IMG/VR virus record: IMGVR_UViG_3300036715_000468
Direction: 5' to 3' (one strand)
DNA: 64,000 nt
Source: a virus
Shown: positions 57,118 to 64,000 of the stretch, piece after piece
How the letters are laid out: every line of letters begins with the position of its first letter
Position numbering within the stretch: position 1 is the first letter of the stretch
Made by a program: the position numbers and the translations under genes
The notes under the pieces: generated by a model
Seen by the model: the letters and a program-made list of their open reading frames with translations, nothing else
Database searches by the model: none
What the model was told of the DNA's origin: nothing

Positions 57118-60100
57118 TATGTCAATGCTACCAAACTATCTCTTAATGCATCTAACACAGGCTTCAATGCTGCTGAATTACCTTCTGCAGCAGATCTCAG
57201 GAACTCTTCAAATTCAGGTGTATATGACTGTGAACCCGATGCCTGAATAAGTGCATTTCTTAACTGTTGTTTTAATGCATACGCACCTTCACCCGCTAAA
57301 GGACCCGATGTATCAATTGTAGCAAGCAACTGCTTTAGTTTACCGCCACTCTGTGCAATTTTTGTTGCTGCTTCAAAATTGCCGCCATCGATATAACGCT
57401 TTGCTCTATTGTTAATCTGACCTAATGCTTGGTTCGCCAATGTTTTTAAAACTGGACGAACTCTAGTAAGAATCTTTGAAACTGCGTCAGCTTGATTAAA
57501 TGCAGGAACTTTCTTCATATCTGCACGTTTAGCCATTTTATCTCTTTCAACAGATCCGGTCGATGCTTCAATATCCTGCGGTTCGCCTTTATCGCCCCTG
57601 ATTCCCCAAAAGCCCGATACCCAGACATATTTAAGTGTACCAATTTCTTCTGCTAATAGATTAAAGACGTTGTAAGGAACCTGTGTATCTTTACCATGTG
57701 CCATACCCATACGTGTTCTAATTACTGTAGGATCTTGTGTCGTAAATTGATCATCTGGATTCTTCGGAGTCTTAACTTCTTTTTCAGGAGCCTGGAACAA
57801 TGATGAATCAAGTTTAGCTCCATCGTTCTTAAAAGCAACTACTTGATATTTAAGATTTGAATCTCCTGAAGGATTATATGTTTTACGTTTTTCCGCATAA
57901 CGTGTTGTCATATGGTCGATATAAGCTTGCGAAGGCTTAATACCTGCGACGCCGTCTGTTCCTTGAACAATAACAAAGTTATCTGGATTACTCTTAAATT
58001 CTGTCCACAATACGTTCTTATTAAACGGTAACTGGCGTAATTCGGATTCATTACCTAGCTTGTGTTTACCGTGTAGGAATTTTACTAAATTCTGGCCACC
58101 CTCGTTTCTTTTTCCATTTGGTAGTTTACCGACCTTCTGACTAAGTGTGCTTTCTTCAATTTCTTCTTCGTCTAATGCTGTTTCTCTTAAGATTGCATTG
58201 ATTTCTTCATCCCACTTAATCTGTTCGAATAAGGTAGGTTTAAGCACTGATAGTATGCTAGATTCGCGTAATCTCGGCATATTTCCGGGGCCAGGACGAC
58301 CTAACTGCGCATTACCACTACCAAAAGATTTTGCATCTTTATCTGGGTAAGCATAGATATATTGACCTGCTTGATCTCTGACAACATGGAATCTGATACC
58401 ATTCGCCTTAAATTCTTTTACATCTGGTTTGTAGCCCGGGATAGCCATTCCGTGACTTACATCCACCGATCCCATATCTTCAGCATTGTCGCGTAACCAT
58501 CCTGCTACAGCTCGCATCTCTGCTTCTGTATTCGGGCCTTGCCCATCAACATTAGCCATTGTCTGAATTTGTTCTACAGGTGTATTAGTAAACATACCAA
58601 ATACTTGACGACCCATTCCGCGGATATTTCTGTCTCCGAATCCTGGCAAATTATTTACGTTATGCCAATCCGGTGTTTGCATTCCAGATGCTTGCATTGC
58701 CTGACTAATAACAGATGGAACATCTCTTGCTGTTCTTATCATTAATTCATTCTGCGGAGTATCAGGTGTTGTATTTGCAAGTTCGCCTTCGCCTGCACCG
58801 GCGTATGGACTAATGCGATTCATTAAGTCACGCATTGTCTGTGATGGATTCATTCCACGAAGCTGATTTTGTGTATCTGCTCTTGATGCTGATGGTAAAT
58901 GCATCGGCGAATCTCCAGCGGCAATATTGCCGTCAGTATCAACGTCTGCAGGCAGATATGTCGGACGCGGGTTTAATACATCGTCTAAATCATCCAATGG
59001 ATCATACATTTTAGTCTTTGTTGGTTTTGGAGCAGGCTCAAAAGCTTCGGATATATCGCCAGTTACCTGTGAATGTATTTGTTGTAGCTGCTCCGGGGAC
59101 ATACTTCTTAATTCATCTTCGTTATAAAGTTTATTCGAATTACTAATCCCCATCTCTTGCATATATGCAATAGTCGAAATCATGTAAGTTAATTCGTCAT
59201 CTTCATCGCCTTCGAATTCCGAATCATCGTCGTCGCCCATATCCATACCGCCATTACGCTGCGTATCGTTGGCATACATTCCGTCGTCTTCTGGTCGATC
59301 ACCGTCTTCGTAATCGCCGAAGCCGTCGTATTCATCTTCGTCGAGATTATCTTCGCCATATGTCATGGGAGAATTTTCACCGCCGGATTTTCTAAATTCC
59401 GTCTTAGTTACGATATCGCCTAACTTGACGCCTTTGCCAGACCGACCTTTCTCTGGCTGTTCGAATTCCATTTCTTCTTCTTCGACAGGCATGTTACCAC
59501 CTTTAAGTGGCATTACTTTGTTTGGAACTGCTGCGAATGGAATTTCAAATCCGTCTTCGTCATCTTCTTCCATACCCACTTCTTCTAATCCACTATATTC
59601 GTCTGCGCCGATATCTTGCATGCCAGAATCCAAGTCACACTGCATTGCATCGTGCTCATGATCTTCGTGACCACATGTAGGACATGCACTATGCATACCT
59701 GGCTCAGCCATATCCACGCCACCGATAACAATAGCTGCTTCTGGACCATCTGTATCATTATTCTGTGCAGGGAAGCATGTAGCACAATCCCAGCTACCAC
59801 AACCACATTCCGGTGCAGCTGGCATACTTGCACCAATATCGCCGCCTTCGTTTGACAGTGCTTCTTCTACTGTTGAAATCCATTTTGAAAATTCGTCTCT
59901 GTGGTCCATCTCTGGCTCCTTTTCTATTTTTACGTTTTGGGAACCAAGCGACATTGGAGATAGGTTACCGTCATTGTCTGTTTGGCTAAATCTTTCTTTT
60001 GCTGCTTGTTCTTGAATTGAACTTACGTTCGCTGTAGGTACGACAATTTCTCTATTGTCAAAGCTAATAATGCAATCTAATCCGCTTGTGCTATATGCAA

Positions 60101-60491
60101 TGAAAATACCGAAGCCTGGACCAATAACTGAACCGAATACATCTTCGATCTTTACCATATCGCCTGCGCGGAGTTCCGGAGCATTATTCATTGTGCCGAT
60201 TGTGTCAGGTACTACGCTTTTATGTGTCCAGCTGTTACTGTTTGTATATGGGTCTTCGTAATCACGATTTGGTAGGGAGAAATCGCCAAATTTTAATTCA
60301 CGTATAACACCCTTAATTTCGATCATTGCGCCCTGTGCTGTATCACGAATAAAACGGCCTGTGCCGCCACCGTAAGTAGGGTCAATCATCACTGTAGCAT
60401 TTTTCTCAACATTTACATTCTTTGCTGGTTGGTCGGCGATGGTAGGAGGAACTGTCTCCATAATCTTCAACCATTTTCTAAATTCTGACAT
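57117..60491 (-). CDS. very large protein of unknown function with Cys/His clusters and long acidic stretches (late gene)
   Basis: 1124 aa; CGCGSWDCATCF and CPTCGHEDHEHD clusters; poly-acidic DE-rich regions; GATAAATA late motif and a GAGGGA RBS upstream. Confidence 0.6.
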   Translation of the reverse strand: MSEFRKWLKIMETVPPTIADQPAKNVNVEKNATVMIDPTYGGGTGRFIRDTAQGAMIEIKGVIRELKFGDFSLPNRDYEDPYTNSNSWTHKSVVPDTIGTMNNAPELRAGDMVKIEDVFGSVIGPGFGIFIAYSTSGLDCIISFDNREIVVPTANVSSIQEQAAKERFSQTDNDGNLSPMSLGSQNVKIEKEPEMDHRDEFSKWISTVEEALSNEGGDIGASMPAAPECGCGSWDCATCFPAQNNDTDGPEAAIVIGGVDMAEPGMHSACPTCGHEDHEHDAMQCDLDSGMQDIGADEYSGLEEVGMEEDDEDGFEIPFAAVPNKVMPLKGGNMPVEEEEMEFEQPEKGRSGKGVKLGDIVTKTEFRKSGGENSPMTYGEDNLDEDEYDGFGDYEDGDRPEDDGMYANDTQRNGGMDMGDDDDSEFEGDEDDELTYMISTIAYMQEMGISNSNKLYNEDELRSMSPEQLQQIHSQVTGDISEAFEPAPKPTKTKMYDPLDDLDDVLNPRPTYLPADVDTDGNIAAGDSPMHLPSASRADTQNQLRGMNPSQTMRDLMNRISPYAGAGEGELANTTPDTPQNELMIRTARDVPSVISQAMQASGMQTPDWHNVNNLPGFGDRNIRGMGRQVFGMFTNTPVEQIQTMANVDGQGPNTEAEMRAVAGWLRDNAEDMGSVDVSHGMAIPGYKPDVKEFKANGIRFHVVRDQAGQYIYAYPDKDAKSFGSGNAQLGRPGPGNMPRLRESSILSVLKPTLFEQIKWDEEINAILRETALDEEEIEESTLSQKVGKLPNGKRNEGGQNLVKFLHGKHKLGNESELRQLPFNKNVLWTEFKSNPDNFVIVQGTDGVAGIKPSQAYIDHMTTRYAEKRKTYNPSGDSNLKYQVVAFKNDGAKLDSSLFQAPEKEVKTPKNPDDQFTTQDPTVIRTRMGMAHGKDTQVPYNVFNLLAEEIGTLKYVWVSGFWGIRGDKGEPQDIEASTGSVERDKMAKRADMKKVPAFNQADAVSKILTRVRPVLKTLANQALGQINNRAKRYIDGGNFEAATKIAQSGGKLKQLLATIDTSGPLAGEGAYALKQQLRNALIQASGSQSYTPEFEEFLRSAAEGNSAALKPVLDALRDSLVALT

Positions 60492-60518
60492 CGTATCCCT
60501 CGTTTATTTCAATATACT

Positions 60519-60526
60519 TATTTATC
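60519..60526 (-). promoter_or_regulatory. GATAAATA late-promoter-like element 28 nt upstream of the 1124-aa gene
   Basis: tatttatc on the plus strand. Confidence 0.4.
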
Positions 60527-60546
60527 ACAGAAGGTAGAGTTCGAAG

Positions 60547-60570
60547 TCAAAAAAAAGACTACCGAAGTAG
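60547..60570 (-). terminator. rho-independent terminator
   Basis: agactac-cgaa-gtagtct with an A8 run before and a T-run on the minus strand. Confidence 0.6.
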
Positions 60571-60735
60571 TCTTATGCATTGTTAGTGGAATTAAGTTCC
60601 TGTTCTATTATATAATCTGCCATTTCTGGTAGAAGTATTAAAAACATTCTATCATAGTGTGTTGCACAATATGATTTATAAGGAATAGCAGGATGTAAAC
60701 ATTTTTCATTATCACATCCTATCCATGTGCAAATT

Positions 60736-61065
60736 TTAGTCATCTAGCTCTTCTAAATGTTCCATGATAATAATATCATATTCGTATTTGACAGCATACT
60801 CAATTATTTCCGACAATTCGATTTCAGTTTCTGAAGTTGCCCACCATAATACGCGAGTCGGATCAATATCTTCGAATCCTGTTAATACTGCTATAGATTG
60901 CTCTAGATATGATGTGTAACTACCAAATATATCTGTATACGGGCCTAACGTAGCACTCAATATTTCTGTATACGGTATTACTTGAATTGTGCTAATGACC
61001 TCGCCGGAAAGCTCAGCTACTGAATAAGCTGTTCCTAGTGATGCAATATCTGTAATTTTATACAT
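60736..61065 (-). CDS. hypothetical protein
   Basis: 109-aa acidic ORF. Confidence 0.4.
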   Translation of the reverse strand: MYKITDIASLGTAYSVAELSGEVISTIQVIPYTEILSATLGPYTDIFGSYTSYLEQSIAVLTGFEDIDPTRVLWWATSETEIELSEIIEYAVKYEYDIIIMEHLEELDD

Positions 61066-61106
61066 GTTATTCTCCAGTTGATTTATGTTTGTATTCTTAC
61101 TATTAT

Positions 61107-62144
61107 TTATAATAGATGAATAAACCTATGTTTATTATCGTAAAATCTTGTTGAGCCAACCATTCTATCTAGTGTTGCTCTACCAATTATATCGGCAGTG
61201 AATCCCTCAATCTCATCTTCAACTTCGTCGACAGGTATATCTTCGACAGTAATATTTGATACATTAATTGTTGCCGATCCATCGTCTGGTACGTTGCCCA
61301 ATAATACAGGGAAGAAAGTAACTTTTGCATTACCCTCCAGTATCTCTTTATAATTCACAGATACATAGTATTCTAGTGTGTCGGGTTCTATATAAAGTAT
61401 CGAATGGAAATCTCTGCTATCAGAGCTTACTAAGCCGAATAACTCACACTTAGATCCGCCTAATGTATATATTTTATTTTCATCGATTACATTCGACGAA
61501 CCTTTGCCAAATAATATATGATTGAAATAGGCATTTTCTCTTGCAATAATATTTCTAAAATAGAATGATAACCCCGATATATTATTTTGATAAAATGTTG
61601 ATAAATTAAGTCTTGCCCTGGGATTAATTATGTAATTTGTTACTGCATTTAATGCACTAAAGCTTTCTATCTCTTCAATGATTTCGGCTTCTAACCCGTC
61701 GGCTATGTTAAACACGATAACTGAATTATAGAATGTTTCATAATCAGCAGTGTATTTTACATAAATTGGCTCGTCGATCTCTCCGACAATTTGAAATGTC
61801 GTGTGATTCTGACACACTAAGTATGCTAGTGTCGAAAATACTTCCGGATTATATAGATTTTTCGGATTCGTAGCCATGTTATGTTCTAGCGAATTTTTTA
61901 TAATAATACCTGGGTGATCAAATATAGCTTGGCTTACACGAATTTCATTACCCGATACTAATACTATTAATCCTGTAATAGCTGGATCAACAATCATCTG
62001 AACTTTATTGTTCTGTATTAAAAACCGTTGTTCGAAAAATGTATCTAACTTTGTGTTTTTATATTTGTCCTGTGTAGACGAAGATAATAACTCTTGATAG
62101 TATTTTCCTAAAAAGGCTTTTATTTGTATTAAATTTTCTGACAT
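61107..62144 (-). CDS. hypothetical protein
   Basis: 345-aa ORF. Confidence 0.5.
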   Translation of the reverse strand: MSENLIQIKAFLGKYYQELLSSSTQDKYKNTKLDTFFEQRFLIQNNKVQMIVDPAITGLIVLVSGNEIRVSQAIFDHPGIIIKNSLEHNMATNPKNLYNPEVFSTLAYLVCQNHTTFQIVGEIDEPIYVKYTADYETFYNSVIVFNIADGLEAEIIEEIESFSALNAVTNYIINPRARLNLSTFYQNNISGLSFYFRNIIARENAYFNHILFGKGSSNVIDENKIYTLGGSKCELFGLVSSDSRDFHSILYIEPDTLEYYVSVNYKEILEGNAKVTFFPVLLGNVPDDGSATINVSNITVEDIPVDEVEDEIEGFTADIIGRATLDRMVGSTRFYDNKHRFIHLL

Positions 62145-62169
62145 TTATTTCTCGTTAAGACGGACTATA

Positions 62170-62478
62170 TTATAGTTCTTCGAATGTTGGTGTCAATGGG
62201 AAGTTATTTGCTCTAGCAAAACTAATAGTTTCTAAAGTTTTTTCTTCAGCTACTTCACGTGTATATGGCGATCCTGCAATACCCTGTCCAGTAACATGTA
62301 TTGCGTGAGTTATATCTACGGCATCATCGACGGTACGATGGAAAATGTCTGTAAGAACTTTAATTACAAAGTCGAATGTAGACTTATCATCATTATGCAA
62401 TAAGACCTTATACATTTTTGGAATCTGGACTTTTATGGTCTCAGTTGTTTTTTCAATAATTTCTATTTCAGTTGCCAT
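62170..62478 (-). CDS. clpS: ClpS N-degron adaptor of ClpAP
   Basis: PKMYKVLLHNDDKSTFDFVIKVL...AIHVTGQGIAGSPYTREVAEEK...ARANNFPL is collinear with E. coli ClpS, including the NDD and His N-degron-binding residues. Confidence 0.9.
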   Translation of the reverse strand: MATEIEIIEKTTETIKVQIPKMYKVLLHNDDKSTFDFVIKVLTDIFHRTVDDAVDITHAIHVTGQGIAGSPYTREVAEEKTLETISFARANNFPLTPTFEEL

Positions 62479-62561
62479 GATTTGCGTCCTTTAGTGTGTA
62501 GCATACATTATTACACACCCGGGGTCTCTAAGTCAATTGGGTTTACTCGATAATATCTATG

Positions 62562-63509
62562 CTAATGGTGCGAAAATAACGATTTAAAAAAGTTTATTAT
62601 AGCCTCAAATATACCAGTACTCTGTGTTGGTTCTACTGACACAATAGGTGATGTACTTTCAATAGGAGCACTTGTGATAACGATATTGAACGGTTCGACA
62701 AATTGTTGATCATATAATGTAGGTGAACCGTCTAGTTCAGGGACTTGTTCGAGTCCATTTGTTTTCATAAAACTATCCATAGATAATATAAGATTTCTAT
62801 AAGTAATAGACGTATTAGATGCAGCAGCTAATAATGCAGCAGTTGCAGCACCCTGAGGGACACCGTTAATGACGGCATCTGCAGATGTCTGGTCGGCATG
62901 ACATCCAGCAATTAATAATGCACTTGCATTAATATCTTTAGATGCTGTCCAGTCAACTAGTGTTCTAGTTTTTAACTGATTAACAATCTTTGTAGGCGGC
63001 TTTAAGTAGCGAGCACCTTTTGTCTTTTTTGAAGATGCAGGTTTTACTAATTCTTTTGTACCATTAAGGCTTTCCGTTTGATTTAACATTGTCCCAGAAT
63101 GACAGCTATCTAAAATTACAGTAGTATTAACACCGTTAGGAACTTTATTGAAAATCTTACGTAAATCATTATCGGAGATAACTTTGTTCAGCCAATCTAA
63201 GTCAATCGGGCAAATTATTTCTTCAAACCCGTCTGGCTCGACTGAACTAGGAATTTGTGAGCCGTGTCCACTATAATGAAACACAATTACATCGCCAGAT
63301 TGCGTATCCGCTGTCAACCAAGCGAGACCTGCCTTAATTCCGGACGTCGTTGCTTCTTTTTCGAGGATCTGTTTAATATCTGTAAAACCTCGGGCTGTTA
63401 AAAAATCCTTCATATGTGTCGAATCATTTATACAACCATGTAATTCATTGCTAGTACCGACATAATTAATGGCTACTAATAGGGCGCGTTTTTTCATGTG
63501 AACCTCCAA
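62562..63509 (-). CDS. metacaspase/orthocaspase-like C14 cysteine protease
   Basis: catalytic His in VFHYSGHGS and Cys in ILDSCHSGT (the D-[AS]-C-H-S-G metacaspase signature); N-terminal ALLVAINY strand. Confidence 0.75.
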   Translation of the reverse strand: MEVHMKKRALLVAINYVGTSNELHGCINDSTHMKDFLTARGFTDIKQILEKEATTSGIKAGLAWLTADTQSGDVIVFHYSGHGSQIPSSVEPDGFEEIICPIDLDWLNKVISDNDLRKIFNKVPNGVNTTVILDSCHSGTMLNQTESLNGTKELVKPASSKKTKGARYLKPPTKIVNQLKTRTLVDWTASKDINASALLIAGCHADQTSADAVINGVPQGAATAALLAAASNTSITYRNLILSMDSFMKTNGLEQVPELDGSPTLYDQQFVEPFNIVITSAPIESTSPIVSVEPTQSTGIFEAIINFFKSLFSHH

Positions 63510-63521
63510 CTGTTCACATAT

Positions 63522-63914
63522 TTATCTTTCGATGATTAGTCTCTCTGTGCTACAACAATCTATTAATGTTTTATATACTTCCTGCTCTACATTTATACAG
63601 CCCGATGTAACAAATCTGTCTTTTACAGTTGGACTATGTAATCTTTCTAATCGGCGTTGATCGGGGAGAAGTAACCAAACCCTATGTATTGCATAGATCA
63701 TACGTGTATCCTCCGAAAATTGCAAGATATCGCCGCCGTAACCCGGGGAAGTAGTGCTCAGGTGCTTAAGAGTAAACTCACCTACAGGTGTTCGATTATC
63801 CTTACCTAATAGTACCGGGTGACATTCTTTTATATTATTATTTGTAAAACAAATTGTAGCAAGTGCTAGACTGACAATTATAGACATATTTTTATCCATT
63901 AAAAAAGGCTGCAA
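63522..63914 (-). CDS. secreted or membrane-anchored L,D-transpeptidase-like (YkuD-fold) protein
   Basis: hydrophobic N-terminal signal/TM segment; IHRVW...VTSGCINV matches the H...S/T-x-G-C-[IV] catalytic motif. Confidence 0.55.
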   Translation of the reverse strand: MQPFLMDKNMSIIVSLALATICFTNNNIKECHPVLLGKDNRTPVGEFTLKHLSTTSPGYGGDILQFSEDTRMIYAIHRVWLLLPDQRRLERLHSPTVKDRFVTSGCINVEQEVYKTLIDCCSTERLIIER

Positions 63915-63930
63915 TGCAGCCTTTTTGTGT
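63905..63930 (-). terminator. rho-independent terminator
   Basis: aggctgc-aat-gcagcct flanked by A6 and T5 runs. Confidence 0.65.
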
Positions 63931-63940
63931 TAGTAGTATT

Positions 63941-64000
63941 ACTGTGCAATTTTCTTTTTAGCTACTTCCAAAATAACTGGGAGTTCTCTAATAAGTGTAA
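63941..64000 (-). CDS. partial CDS (C-terminal end of a gene starting beyond the window end)
   Basis: minus-strand frame ending ...VAKKKIAQ-stop just upstream of the terminator. Confidence 0.3.

Noticed and set aside
1-64000. CRISPR arrays, rRNA, integrase/att sites, transposases
   Set aside because: I saw no regularly spaced direct repeats, rRNA-like stretches, integrase/recombinase motifs or IS terminal inverted repeats anywhere in the window.

Overview
This window appears to be a replication, host-takeover and DNA-modification region of a large, AT-rich lytic phage (roughly 36-38% GC by eye), probably a T4-related myovirus. It is densely packed with short, mostly minus-strand genes whose ends often overlap by 1-4 nt (ATGA). 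A recurrent (G/T)ATAAATA motif resembles T4 late promoters. Replication genes I recognise are a family-B DNA polymerase (YGDTDS), a gp44-like clamp loader with a possible gp62-like partner, a candidate gp45-like sliding clamp, a T4 RNase H/FEN-like nuclease, a DnaQ-like 3'-5' exonuclease, PhoH, two MazG-like genes, a DHH phosphoesterase and a Pnk-like kinase/HAD-phosphatase pair. The surprises are the host-like genes. The phage carries what look like bona fide ClpP, ClpA and ClpS, a metacaspase-like C14 protease and an L,D-transpeptidase-like protein next to ClpS, a DnaJ-like J-protein, a GroES-like co-chaperonin, an IF-1 homolog, a protein carrying only sigma-70 region 4, a flotillin/SPFH protein, a PPP-type phosphatase and a kinase-like protein. 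A second notable block is a 7-deazaguanine DNA-modification island: QueE, a QueD-like protein and a TGT/DpdA-like transglycosylase, interleaved with a glycosyltransferase and two sugar-type oxidoreductases. There are also two Thr/Gly/Ser-rich tail-fibre genes, a holin-like gene, two very large acidic proteins driven by late promoters, homing-endonuclease-like insertions on the plus strand, and a family of at least eight small paralogous proteins sharing a C-terminal motif. I found no tRNA, rRNA or CRISPR array by eye.
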